A stretch of 63,616 nucleotides of DNA, counting the filler, from Chiloscyllium plagiosum (Eukaryota), in NCBI RefSeq assembly GCF_004010195.1. It is 4 parts of one record of this genome, joined end to end, with 100 filler letters (N's around TTAATTAATTAA, not from the genome) between each part and the next. Parts side by side here need not be neighbours in the genome. Positions count along the whole stretch, not along the records: positions 1 to 13,616 come from NC_057713.1; positions 13,717 to 29,166 come from NC_057713.1; 2 more parts are not named here. The stretch is one strand, 5' to 3'. Of the stretch, positions 12,643-24,619 are shown piece by piece. Position 1 is the stretch's first letter; each line of letters starts with the position of its first letter. A program made the position numbers and the translations under genes. Under the pieces are notes generated by a model, which saw nothing but the letters and a program-made list of their open reading frames with translations, did no database searches and had not been told where the DNA came from.

Positions 12643-12684
12643 TCCACTGAAGATGTTACCGAGTAAGATAATAAAACGTCTGGA
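12643..12684 (+). ncRNA. Degenerate hammerhead motif (family 2)
   Basis: UCCA-CUGAAGA-U-GUUACC gaguaa GAUAAU-AAAA-CG-UC-UGGA; G12 mutated. Confidence 0.6.
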
Positions 12685-12789
12685 AATGAAACTTTCAGCT
12701 CAGCAAGCAAACCTACACCTAAAACCTCAACCTTGCTACAAATCTTCTCAAAACTCACTAACATTGTTTTGTATTACCTAAAAATGAAC

Positions 12790-13010
12790 TTAGAAACAAG
12801 GAACAGGAAGAAGCCATTTCGTCACTCGAACCTGTTCCATGATTTAATACGTTCATGGCTGAATTGATTGCAACCACAAACCAAATTCCCATTTGCCTCT
12901 GATAACATTAACTCCCTTTATTACTCTGACTTAAAAATATTCCAAGTTTCTGCTGCAATCAGAGTTTCAACAGAAAGGTCTAATCTCTCATGACCCTCTG
13001 TGACCTCATC
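12790..13010 (-). mobile_element. Old CR1 3'UTR fragment
   Basis: gaaacaaggaacaggaagaagccatt...cctgttccat...atggctga tail, also seen at 17510, 41580 and 51960. Confidence 0.6.
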
Positions 13011-13146
13011 TCTGACCAAACATAAAAAATTAAATAATAGACAAGTTAATGTTAATTATCAACTACTCATGACACATTAAATGCAGATTCTGGATTAGTG
13101 GTCCTGGAAGAGCACAGCAGTTCAGGCGGCATCCAAGGAGCTTCGA

Positions 13147-13182
13147 AATCGACGTTTCGGGCAAAAGCCCTTCATCAGGAAT
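13147..13182 (-). ncRNA. Minimal type I hammerhead ribozyme motif
   Basis: AUUC-CUGAUGA-A-GGGC uuuu GCCC-GAAA-CG-UC-GAUU. Confidence 0.82.
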
Positions 13183-13616
13183 AAAGCTAGTTTACTGACC
13201 AGGTAGTCACGGAGGGAACCGTCTTTGCGGAAGGTGGAAAGGGGTGGGGAGGGAAATATATTCCTGGTGGTGGGGTCTGTTTGGAGGTGGCGGAAATGTC
13301 GGTGGATGATTTGGTTTATGCGAAGGTTGATAGGGTGGAAGGTGAGCACCAGGGGTGTTCTGTCCTTGTTACGGTTGGAGGGGTGGGGTCTGAGGGCGGA
13401 GGTGCGGGATGTGGACGAGATGCGTTGGAGGGTATCTTTAACCACATGGGAAGTGAAATTGTGGGTCTCTAAAGAAGGAGGCCATCTGGTGTGTTCTGTG
13501 GTGGAACTGGTCCTCCTGGGAGCAGATACGGCAGAGGCGGAGGAATTGGGAATACGGAATGGCATTTTTGCAAGAGGTAGGGTGAGAAGAGGTGTAATCC
13601 AGGTAGCTGTGGGAGT

Positions 13617-13716
13617 NNNNNNNNNNNNNNNNNNNNNNNNNNNNNNNNNNNNNNNNNNNNTTAATTAATTAANNNNNNNNNNNNNNNNNNNNNNNNNNNN
13701 NNNNNNNNNNNNNNNN
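13617..13716. other. 100-bp placeholder gap with TTAATTAATTAA spacer
   Basis: N44-ttaattaattaa-N44. Confidence 0.97.
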
Positions 13717-14483
13717 GGGGTGGAGTCATGAGCAGGGGTAGTGTTCCCCTCGGGGTTCTGGGGGTTGGGGATAGTGACAGAGGGGTCTGTGGGGGGCATG
13801 TCAGCAGAATGCAGGTGAGTGGCGCTGGTGGGGGCGGAAGTGGTGGTGACCACGGCTGTAGGGGTGGCAGAAGTCACTGAGCATGTGGCATCAGCGATGA
13901 TGTGAAGGGCGGAAGTGATGTCACGTGTGATGCATGAGGAATTGTGAGGGGAGGAAGTGGTTTTGGGAATGGCCATGATGGGGGCGGAAGTGACATCATC
14001 AATCAGCGTGAAGGGCTTTTGCCCGAGACGTCGATTTTGAAGCTCTTTGGATACTGCCTGAACTGCTGTGCTCTTCCAGCACCACTAAACCAGAATCTGG
14101 TTCCCAGCATCTGTAGTCATTGTTTTTACCACATTAAATGCAGATACAACTAAGGTAGATCTTATGAAGTATCGTGATGGTATACTCAGATTTTGATGAT
14201 CACACTCATTCATAAAGTTCATCAAAAGTCTATCTTCCTCAAAAACAATTTCTAATCTTTTCCAAATTTCATCTCATCTGATGCTCAACTGACAGCAGTG
14301 CACAATCAACCAGAGGTTCATACAAATGGTCTTCGCCACAAATGATACATCTCTCCAGAAACTGCTCATCTCTTTCTGAATGGGATAAATCGAGCAATGT
14401 TATCTTCAAGTATTAGATGGAGCTTCAGCAACTAGACCTTTGCTTAGTCTCACCTTCTGGATACAGCCTCGGTATTCTTATTT

Positions 14484-14751
14484 TCATAGAATTTCCACAG
14501 TCAGGAAACAGGCCATTGAGCCCATCAAGTCCACATCAAGTCCGCCCAGACCCACCGTGTCTCTGTAACCCTGCTTTCCCACAGCCAATCTACCTAACTT
14601 GCACATCTTTGGATTGTGGGAGGAAACCAGAGCACCCGGAGGAAACCCACACAGACACGGGGAGAATGTACAGACTCCACACAGACAGTCACTTAAGGGT
14701 GGAATCGAATCTGGGTTCTTGGCTCTGTGAGGCAACCATGAACCACTGAGC
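14484..14751 (-). mobile_element. HE1-like V-SINE
   Basis: V-domain tgtgtggagt...ttctccccgtgtctgtgtgggtttcctccgggtgctctggtttcctcccacaatccaaagatgtgc on the minus strand. Confidence 0.85.
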
Positions 14752-14837
14752 TTTTATTTTCAGCCTCCAAATACTGCACCATTGGATTCATCAACTTCCA
14801 CTCCCTAGCTTGGATTGCTCGGTATCTTTTCATACCT

Positions 14838-15016
14838 TGGAGGACTGCAGATGCTGGAGATTAGAGTCAAGAGTGTGGCGCTGGAAAAGCACAGCAGGTC
14901 AGGCTGCATCAGAGGAGCAGGAGAATCGACGGTTCGACATTTGTCCGAAAAGTCGATTTTCCTGCTTCTCGGATGCTGCCTGACCTCCTGTGCTTTTCCA
15001 GCACCACACTCTTGAC
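14838..15016. mobile_element. Short inverted-pLTR PLE insertion; hammerhead core lost at the inversion point
   Basis: tcaagagtgtggcgctggaaaagcacagcaggtcagg...cctgacctcctgtgcttttccagcaccacactcttga; imperfect TSD ctttttcataccttg / ctttttgcaccttg. Confidence 0.82.
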
Positions 15017-15889
15017 CCTTTTTGCACCTTGCAAACTTTGCCCAGTCATTTTGGTTTCCAAACCTTAGTTTGATTTTGTTTCTTTACAAACTAGGAGGGT
15101 CAATTTCCTTTTATTATTTTTATTTGCGGTTTCTGTTTCAGTTACAATCTGCCTGAGAAAGTACCAAGTTTTAAAACAAAGGCTCACAAACCAAAATAGC
15201 GAAGGTTGGATAATGGAACTTGCAGAGTTCTCCATTAATTAAAATTGTTATATAGAAAGTTTTGTGGGGCCTAAGTAACTCAATTTCCCAGTCCCTTATT
15301 AGAATAAACATAATAGTTTCCAACTGAGTTGATGTCTGTTTTGTGGAGCAGGCAAAAGGGAATTCAAGGCGGATAGTGCAGAATGCGCTGAGAATGAAAA
15401 TCAGCTGAATCAGAACCTTGCCTGGTGTGGTCCTGATCCAGACAGAGAAGAAATTCCTGAGCTTGATTGAGAATCACTAAGCTTAAGTTTAAAAAATAAA
15501 GCAGATAGAGTCAAGGTACTACGAGGTGATGAATTCCACAGTTTTAAGGTCTGGAGGTGGAACTAATTGGAGTACATCTGCCCTCTAACACTAAATCAAT
15601 ACTTGGGCAGTTCCCAGCCCTTAACAAATTGTTGTTAGTCCAATCAGCTAACTCAGCACCCATTGAAAGGATGGGGAATTGAGTGACCAACATTGGTCAA
15701 CGTCTTGGGGCATTTTCTTGTCTCATTATCCTCAAAGGAGCACCATATTGCATGGCCATTTGCAGAACGTACATCTTCCTGGTTTATAGCATAGCATGAT
15801 GGACACCAACTATTCACCACTATTGGCCTGACGTTGTTTCCCCTCAATTTCATGTTGTGCCATAATTAAATCAGATGTCCGCTCTGGCA

Positions 15890-16300
15890 GAGTGAGTGGC
15901 ATGCCTGCCTTGAATGAAGAAGACTCTCAATTCAAATTCCAGTCCAGAGACTTGAGGACAAAATATAGGTTGACATTTCAAGTGCGGCACTGAGGGAGTT
16001 CTGCATGTCAGAAATGCTGTCTTTTAAGAGCAGTATTAAACTCATGCTTCACCTGTTTTTCAAATGGCTATGAAAGATTAAAAGAGGCAGAGGTGTTCTC
16101 TCTGGTATCTTTCTTAGTATCTATCTTTCAACCCAATTCACTTGCAGTTTATTTGGTCATTATCAAATTGCTGTTGGTGCATTCTAATTGGCTTTCTTTT
16201 GTACATTACAGCAACTACAGCATTACAATAAATATTTCAATAAGCAAACTGCTTTGGGATGTCCTTATGTTATGACAGGCAACATATAAATACAAGGTAT
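15890..16300 (+). mobile_element. Deu-domain SINE, near full length and old
   Basis: tRNA-like head with ttcaaattcc, cactgagggagttctgca block, tail gctttgggatgtcc...atataaatacaag. Confidence 0.6.
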
Positions 16301-17509
16301 ATCTTCCCTTTAATCAAAGTATTCTATGAAGAGTTGTTTATCTCAACTATCTCCTTACTGACTCCTTTGATAAACATATTGTATGTTTCAATGCATAATC
16401 AGACACAGGAGTATTCCAGATAAATTTCTTCAATTTAATGGCAAATAATGTTGTTGGAGGTCATAATTAGATGCAATTTTCCCCGACCACGGAAGAGTAA
16501 GATTATCTGCTTGCTGTTCCATGATACTTGAATGTTTATAGGTTAGGAAATTCAGCTGGGTTCAAATATGAAGTTCTGGAAGTCCAATAAGCTCATTAAA
16601 ACTTATTATTAAAGGACCACCATTGCCATTGGAATGCGCTTCAGGGATGAGATGCTCTGTTTGGGAAAGAAAGCAAAAAGGAAAAGCAGGAAGTTAAAGA
16701 AGTAATGTAGGTACAAACAAAAACACAGATTCAAGACTGCAACATCTTTCACCCTGTTACATTTGATTTTAAAACAAAAACAAGCTTACCAATGATGCCT
16801 GTTTAATTGATAGCCACTTGTTTAATGGTGAAATGTCTGAAAATCCTCCAGGTCAGATCACCTAAAATTCAAATGACCTTACCTCTAAGAGATTAGTGGC
16901 CCTGCTTTGATTGTTTTTAAACATTTTCATTCTCTCCATCTCCCTAGAGCAGGTTGGTTCCGGTCTAATCGATGTCATTGCCTAAAGTCAATATTTCTGC
17001 AGGTAAATTGATACCCAAACACTTTTTAGCAGCAGCTGGACAGATTTGAGTGGTCACCTGAACTTGGTCAAACAAAGAAGTCAGGCTAATATTCACTCCG
17101 TTCACTTAAAGCAATTGGCAGCTAATATAATGTACAATAATAACAGATTAGCAGCTGAAATGCACTTCTTATGTAAGGAAAGCTGGACATCACTTAGAAA
17201 CTTAGAAGCTCTATCTCGTTCAATTGTGACTTTAGAGAATATTCTATTTATTTTTAATGAAATCTTTTGTTTAAATTGGTTATAAAAAATAAATATCTCT
17301 TATGTATATCTCAATTGGATTGTGAAAAGATGGCTACCATGGGCTTAGGCGATCTCAGTTAAGGAAAACATGGGTCAAAATACAAACTGGATTCCCTTTT
17401 CAAATTGTGGTATGTTAATATCGTCTAAACAGTAAATGTCAGCATTAAAATTAAAGAATTGAATTGCTAAAGAACTTTTTTAAATCTCCTTGCCTTCCAA
17501 TTCACTCTC

Positions 17510-18540
17510 CACCTTTATAAATATATGAAATAGGTTGCCCAACTAGACCATTTAACCCCTTGAGCCTGCACCACTCTTTCAATAAAATCATTGCTGATCT
17601 GTTCATGTTTCAAATTCCACATTCCCACCTGCCCTTGATTGGCTTTGCTTCTCTTGCCCAACAAGAATGAATTCATTTTCACCGTCAAAATATTTAATGA
17701 TTTCATTTCCATCATCTTCTGAGAATGCCAAACTAACACAGCCTTCGAAAAGAGAAAAAAAGTCTTCTCATCTTTGTTCTGATTATACCAAATTCCTCCC
17801 TCTCCCTTTAATCTCCTGCGTTGCAGTTATTACGAGACTTTTTTTTGTATGCTCTATTGTGAAGATGCAAACAAAATATCTGCTAGTTCTTTATCATCTA
17901 CTATTACCTCCCCATTCTCACTCTCTAAAGGATTAACGCTCACTTTACTTGCTCTTTTCTCTTTTAAAAGTGTGTCGGCACCTTGCTATCCATTTTTACA
18001 TTTCTAGTTAACCTCCTCTCATACTCTATTTTTATGATTAGCCTTTTAGTTATTATGTGCTGTCCATTATGTTCTGACCAATCATCTGGCCAGCCATTCA
18101 TTTTATGATCAGTTTATATTTTCTTTTTCTTCCGTTTGATGCTTTCTTTAACTTCATGAGATAACCACAGGTGGGAGGTCCTCCTTTTAGAAGTTTTCTT
18201 TATTGTGACAATATACATATTCTGAGTATTGTGAAATATACCATTAAATGTCCAAGGCCATCATGACAATGTCTTGATGAAGGGCTTATGACCTAAACAT
18301 CGATTCTCCTGCTCCTCAGATGCTGCCTGACCTGCTGTGCTTTTCCAGCACCACATTCTTGACTCTGATCTCCAGCATCTGCAGTCCTCACTTCCTTCTC
18401 CATCAAAACAATTCACTTCAGTTAGCTTAGCTTTTATGTTCACATAGTTGCCTATTCTTAATTTAAAACACCAGTCTTAGACCCAGCATTCTACCCTGCA
18501 AACTAAATTCAATTGTCTTATGATTTTTAAAGATGCTCCT
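17510..18540 (-). mobile_element. Old, deleted CR1 fragments
   Basis: 3'UTR motif at 17510-17760; ORF2-like sequence similar to 44000-44400. Confidence 0.55.
18272..18399 (+). mobile_element. Solo PLE pLTR with decayed hammerhead; imperfect 13-bp TSD
   Basis: ttgatgaagggcttatgacctaaacatcgattctcc...; ccatcatgacaat / ccatcaaaacaat flanks. Confidence 0.8.
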
Positions 18541-20735
18541 TCAAAATCTTCTCTTTGGTCAGCGTTTGGTCATGTATTTATCTGATTCAGTTTTAAACTT
18601 GGTTTTGAACATTCTCCTGTGAGGTAATTGGAAGATATGACCTGTTAAAGGTGCTATATTGATGCAAGTTGCCATTGTTATGTTGTCAGATGTGGGTCAC
18701 CTTTGGTGATCAGCTGAAATCAGTCACCTGCCCATAAACAAGCAGGGAATGTCTACACGTAATTCCTGTCTTTGCATGCCTACACAAGTGGTACAATATA
18801 GAAACAGCATTAGTAGTGATGATCTGCCTGAGGGGAGTTCTACTTCACAACTTCTGTATTCTTCAGTTCCTTGTAGGAGCCTCCCATTTTCAAATTGTCT
18901 ATTGTTGTGAGTTTCTTTCTCCCTGTTGTCAACATCTTTCTAATTTTCCTTCAATTTGCCTTGAATATAGGCAATCCAACACAATCCAATCTTTCGATGG
19001 TATTCACTAACAATCTTGCATCTTCCAGAAAATAGTCTGATGGGAAATTACCATGATTCCTTTTCTGGTCAGGAAATATGGTTATAGTGCTTGATGGGGA
19101 ATTCCAAAATCAGAGAAGGTAAATAGAAAAAACTATTTTTTGAAGGTCAGTACTGTTGGAGTCATACTCAGCAAACAAAAAGACTTGAGCCTGTGTGTAG
19201 TTAGAAAGTTTTAACAGCCCTCAAGATGATTAAGTATCCCACACATGGAAAGCAAAACAAAAGAAAGGCTGTGTCAGACATTTGCACTAACAATTCCATG
19301 GTACAGACTGGCAATTGAGAAAGTTTCCACTGCCCTGTTACTTTTCTTTTTCCTGTTGGAAATGTTATTTGTGATTGTATTCGCTGATGGGCTGACCCTT
19401 GGGAAGCATGTATGTGGTTTTATGACAATGATAGGTATTTATTGACCTGATCCATCATGAGTACTAGACGTCTCTTTGTCTTCCCTCTGTGAAAGGCGAA
19501 AATAATAAAAATGCAGATGCTGGACTTTGAAACAACTCTGTAAATGTTTTCACTTCTTTTGTCATCTCCGTGGGAAACAATAGCAGCATCTGTGTTCCAA
19601 AGCAGGGCCACTCATTTGCATGCAGGGGATAGACATTTCTGTTATGATCAATTTTATGCATTAGTTCATTTCATGGTGTTAAGACAACCACAATCCAAGC
19701 ACTTGGCATTCCATAGACACGCTATTCATCCATTTAGTCCCAATCATATTGATTCACACAGGCTTAGAGATGGCCATGGACCCAAAGAGAAACCGCAGAG
19801 AATAAGCCTATTGCTGACTTGTTACGTTTCTTAGTGCAGAGATGGTCCAACTGTTACCCCTTAAAGTCCAATAGACATAAAGTTGTTACTTTACACTGAG
19901 ACATGTCAGACACTTTTCAAGTGCATGTGGATATTCAAAGCTTTAAATCATTGCTCAAAGAGATCAGGAGTCAAATAATTGCTGCTTTTCTCCTTAAAGG
20001 AACATGTGTTACAGCAATAAGGAATTTACAGAAATCAACTGAAAGTGGTGCTGTGTGAAATCCTGCCATGTTCACAGTTAGGCAGATGCTTTGTTTACGC
20101 CTACATGAGAATTTGATTTACTGCTTAAGTGCGTTTTTTTCAAACGTTGGGTTTTAAGTGTCATTTTGACTCAGGGAATTACAGCAGGAGTGACCAATAA
20201 TGTTCTCCTGTTTAGCAATCTTGTTAATGATCTTTACCGGAAGATAATCTCCCTTCAATACATTGCAATAAATATTGCTGGGCCAAAGCCATGCTGTAAA
20301 CATTTTAAAAGTATTGTTTTGATAAGGATTCAAGGAAGGATGGGTCCAAGCTGAGAATGAGAATACAAAATTATGAAATCTACCTGATTTGGATTTATTT
20401 TGCAAATAGAATGAAAGTATAAAGCTTGGGATTGTTAGCTAGTTATGATATTAGGACTGTTTTTATTATTTGATTAATTATATTTACTATTCCAAATAAC
20501 TGTAATTTAGTTTTCACTTGACCTGTCAACTTATAGCTCTCTCTTATTTTGACTCAGAAGGTTCAGTGTTCAAATTCCATTCAGGACTCCAGGTTAACAA
20601 TCCCACTAAGGGAATGCTGCACTGTCAAAGCTTTTCTCTTTCTGTTAAAAATTACTCAGCACCAGCTTATAGTCCTTTCTCTTTCTGATGAGATATGAAC
20701 TGAGGCTCTCTCAGTAGGGGTAAAATATCCTCCAT

Positions 20736-21050
20736 GGGGCAGCATGGTGCCTCAGTGATTAGCACTGCTGCCTCATAGTGCCAGGGACTGGAATGTGATT
20801 CCCGCCTTGACTGTCAGTTGAATTTTGCACATTCTCCCTGTGGCTGCATAGGTGTCCTCCGGGTGTTCCAGTTTCCTCCCACAAATGAAAGATGTGCAGC
20901 TCAGGTGAATTGGTGATGCTCAATTGCCCATAGTGTTAGGGGCATTAGCCAGGGCTAAATATAAGATCCGGGTGGGTTACTGTTCGGAGGTTCAATGTGG
21001 ACTTGTTGGGCCGAAGGGCCTGTTTCCATACTGTAGGGAATCTAATCTAA
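20736..21050 (+). mobile_element. HE1-like V-SINE, full length
   Basis: ggggcagcatggtgcctcagtgattagcactgctgcctca tRNA-derived head, V-domain, tail ggccgaagggcctgtttccatactgtag(tctaa)n. Confidence 0.88.
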
Positions 21051-21128
21051 CAATCTGGGTGGAACTGCCCCGAGGGTAGTGCAATTCAATGTACTAGGTG
21101 CTGTGCTTTGTGGGATCCTGCTGTTATG

Positions 21129-21449
21129 GAGTCATAGAGATGTACAGCACAGAAACAGGCCCTTTGGTCCAACTTGTCCATGCCGACCAGATATCCCAAC
21201 CTAATCTAGTCCCATTTGCCAGCATTTGGCCCATATCCCTTGAAATCCTTCCTATTCTGATACCCATTCAGATGCCTTTTAAATGTTGCAATTGTACCAG
21301 CCTCCCCCACTTTCTCTGGCAGCTCATTCCGTATACGCGCCACCTTCTGCATGGAAAAGTCACTCCTTAGGTCCCTTTTAAATGCTTCCCTTCTCACCCT
21401 CAATCTATACCTTCTAGTTCTGGACTTCCCCTCCGCAGGGAAAAGACCT
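21129..21449 (-). mobile_element. HER1/CR1 3' end, joined to the oppositely oriented piece at 21450
   Basis: gagtcatagagatgtacagcacagaaacagg terminus; reverse complement of 51400-51717. Confidence 0.92.
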
Positions 21450-24052
21450 AAGGATGGACTACACCTGAATTGGAAGGGGACTAATATACTGGCTGGGAGA
21501 CTTGCAAGAGCTGCTCAGGAGGATTTAACCGAGTAAGTTGTGGGGGGGGGGAAATGGGGGTGGGGGGTGGGACCCTGGGAAATAGTGAGGAAAGAGATCA
21601 AACTGAGACTGGTATAGTTGGGAAAAAGAGCGAGTCAAACAGCCAGGGCAGGCAGGAACAAAGTAGAGAGCAAGGTAGGACTGATAAATTAAACTGCATT
21701 TACTTCAATGCAAGAGGCCTAACAGGGAAGGCAAATGAACTCAGGGTATGGTTAGGAACATGGGACTGGGATATCATAGCATTTACAGAAATGTGCCTCA
21801 GGGATGGACAGGACTGGCAGCTTAATGTTCCAGAATACAAATGCTACAGGACGATAGAAAGGGAGGGAGGTGGGGGAGGGCAAGAGAGGAGGGGGGGGCG
21901 GGCGTGGTGTTTTTGATAAGAGATAGCATTACTGCTGTGCTGAGGGAGGATATTCCTGGGAATACATCCAGGGAAAGTTTTTGGGTGAAACTGAGAAATA
22001 AGAAAGAGATGATCCCCTTATTGGGATTGTATTATAGATTCCCTAATAGTCAGAGGAAAATTTAGAAACAAATTTCAGTTATCAGTAACAATAATAAGGT
22101 AGTTATAGTCGGGGATTTAACTTTCCAAACGTAGACTGGGACTACCATAGTGTTGAGGGTTTAGATGGAGAGGAATTTGTTAAGTGTGTAGAAGAAAATT
22201 TTCTGATTCAGTATGTGGATGTACCAACTAGAGAAGGTGCAAAACTTGACCTATTGTTGGGAAATAAGGCAGGGCAGGTGACTGAGGTGTCAGTGGGGGA
22301 GCACTTTGGGGCCAGCAACCATAATTCTATTAGTTTTAAATAGTGGTGGAAAAGATTTGACTGGATCTAAAAGTTGAAGTTCTAAATTGGAGGAAGGCCA
22401 ATTTTGATGGCATTAGGCAAGAACTTTCAAAAGCTGATGGGGCAGATGTTCACAGTTAAAGGGATGGCTTGAAAATGGGAAGCCTTCAAAAATGAGATAA
22501 TGAGAGTCCAGATTCAGTATATTCCTGTTAGGGTGAAAAGAAAGGCTGGTAGGTGGAGGAAAAGCTGGGATGACAAAAGAAATTGAGGGTTTAGTTAAGA
22601 AAAATAAGGAAGCATATGTCAGGTATAGACAGGAGAGATCGAATGAATCCTTAAGAAGAGTATAAAGGCAGGAGAAATATACTTAAGAGGGACATCAAGA
22701 GGGCAAAAAGGGGACATGAGATAGCTTTGGCAAATAGGGTTAAGGAGAATCCAAAGGCATTTTATAAATGCATAAAGGACAAAAGGGTAACTAGGGAGAG
22801 AATAGAGCCCCTCAAAGGTCAGCAAGGCAGCCTATATATGGAGCCGCAGGTGATGGGGGAGACACTAAACAAGTATTTTGCATCAGTGTTTACTGTGGAG
22901 AAGGACATGGAAGATATAGAATGTAGGGAAATAGGTGGTGACATCTTAAAAAATGTTCAGATTACAGAGAAGGAAGTGCTGGATGTCTTGAAACGGTTAA
23001 AGGTGGATAAATCTCCAGGATCTGATCAGGTGTACCCGAGAACTCTGTGGGAAGATAGGGAAGTGATTGCTGGGCCCCTTCCTGAGATATTTGTATCATC
23101 GATAGTCACAGGTGAGGTACCAGAAGATTGGAGGTTGGCTAACGTTGTGTCATTAAGTAAGAAAAGTGCTAAGAAAAAGCCAGGGAACTATAGACCAGTG
23201 AGCCTGATATTGGTGGCGGACAAGTTGTTGGAGGGAATCCTGAGGGACAGGATATACATGTAATTGGAAAGGCGAGGACTGATTAGGATTAGTCAACATG
23301 GCTTTGTGCATGGGAAATCGTGTCTCACAAACTTGATTGAGTTTTTTGAGGAATTTTAAAAATAGGATTGATGAGGGCAGAGCAATAGACATGATCAATA
23401 TGGATGTTAGTAAGGCATTCAACAAGATTCCTCATGGGAGACTGGTTATCAAGCTTAGATCTCATGGAATACAGGGAGAACTAGCTGTTTGGATACAGAA
23501 CTGGCTCGAAGGTAGAAGACAGAGGGTGGTGGTGGAGGGTTGCCTTTCAGACTGGAGGCCTGTGACCAGTGGAGTGCCACAAGGATGGGTGCTGGGTCCA
23601 CTGCTTTTTGTCATTTATACAAATGATTTGGATATGAACGTAAGAAGTATAGTTAGTTTGTTTGCAGATGACACCAAAATTGGAGGTGTAGTGGACAGCA
23701 AAAAAGATTACCTCAGAGTACAATAGGATCTTGATCAGATGGGCTAATAGGCTGACGAGTGGCAGATGGAGTTTAATTTAGATAAATGCGAGGTGCTGCA
23801 TTTTGGAAAAGCAAATCAGTGCAGGACTTATGCACTTAATGGTAAAATCCTGGGCAGTGTTTTGCTGAACAAAGAGACCTTGGAGTGCAGGTTTATAGCT
23901 CCTTGAATCGCAGCAAGATAGGATAGTGAAGAAGGTGCTTGGTATGCTTTCCTTTATTGGTCCGAGCATTGAGTAAAGGAGTTGAGAGATCATGTTGTGG
24001 CTGTACAAGGACATTGGTGAGGTCACTTTTGGAATATTGTGCGCAATTCTGG
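21450..24052 (+). mobile_element. HER1/CR1 LINE body: end of ORF1, then endonuclease and RT of ORF2 with frameshifts
   Basis: DGLHLNWKG (ORF1 end), LNCIYFNARGL, KSPGSDQVYPR, NYRPVSL, SGVPQG..LGPLLF, FADDTK. Confidence 0.95.
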
Positions 24053-24619
24053 AATTGCAATTCTCTTTGCAGTTTGGAGGCCCAGTGCATAAGAAAAGGA
24101 AGTTGTTAATGGTGGTAAAAGGGAAAAAGAAATATAAAATGGGTAAATATTAGAGGAGAGAATGGGTGACATTTGAAGATGTGAGACTCGCTCCAGGTAA
24201 CCATGATAAAGCTGAACAGCAACAGAAGACGGAGGGGTGCATTTGTCTGGGAGAGGACCCCTGCCACACAGTACAGTTTTCCAAGGCCGTGCACCCACCA
24301 AAGGATGGCTCTGGCAAATATTTCTCACTCAGTCAACGTTACAAAAAACAGATATCTGATCATAAGCATATTGCTGCTTCAATTTTGCTAAATGCCAATT
24401 CATTACTCTCCAGTCCTAAATGAATTTAGAAGGATAAGCAGTTTCCTTTAGAAGGGAATAAATTTTACATACAAAACTAGAAAAAGACATTCTTGGGAAT
24501 TTTATAAATCTGTGATGAAGAATTTAAAGTATACATCTGAATTCAAACCACACTGTTTTCCATAAGACATGGGCAACCAAATTACAATGATTTAATTCTG
24601 TTACATTACCGGTTTTAGC

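Larger units (their letters stand above)
11738..12759. mobile_element. PLE (second family) head-to-head inverted pair containing the GIY-YIG region and pLTRs
   Basis: ORFs read IIYKLSCKNCNKPYIGQTGRKLATRVHEHQLA on both strands; inversion point ~12178; imperfect flanking duplication ctaaatattgtcttgt / ctaacattgttttgt. Confidence 0.9.
13085..14129. mobile_element. PLE insertion with inverted pLTRs and minus-strand ORF fragments, spanning a gap; 16-bp TSD
   Basis: ORF 13122-13565 has RTPLVLTFHP...PPLSTFRKDGSLRDYLV (PLE thumb/linker region); cacattaaatgcagat at 13073-13088 and 14130-14145. Confidence 0.88.

Noticed and set aside
13661..13672. Palindromic TTAATTAATTAA, repeated at 29211-29222 and 54522-54533
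   Set aside because: Centred in identical 100-bp N blocks and gives stops in all six frames, so it is a scaffolding spacer, not biology
13717..13976. Mucin-like host exon
   Set aside because: It lies within the TSD-bounded PLE insertion, so it is best read as element sequence
20736..20810. tRNA genes at SINE heads (also 38367, 61870, 63035)
   Set aside because: Degenerate A/B boxes with no complete cloverleaf, and at 20736 and 38367 they continue into SINE bodies
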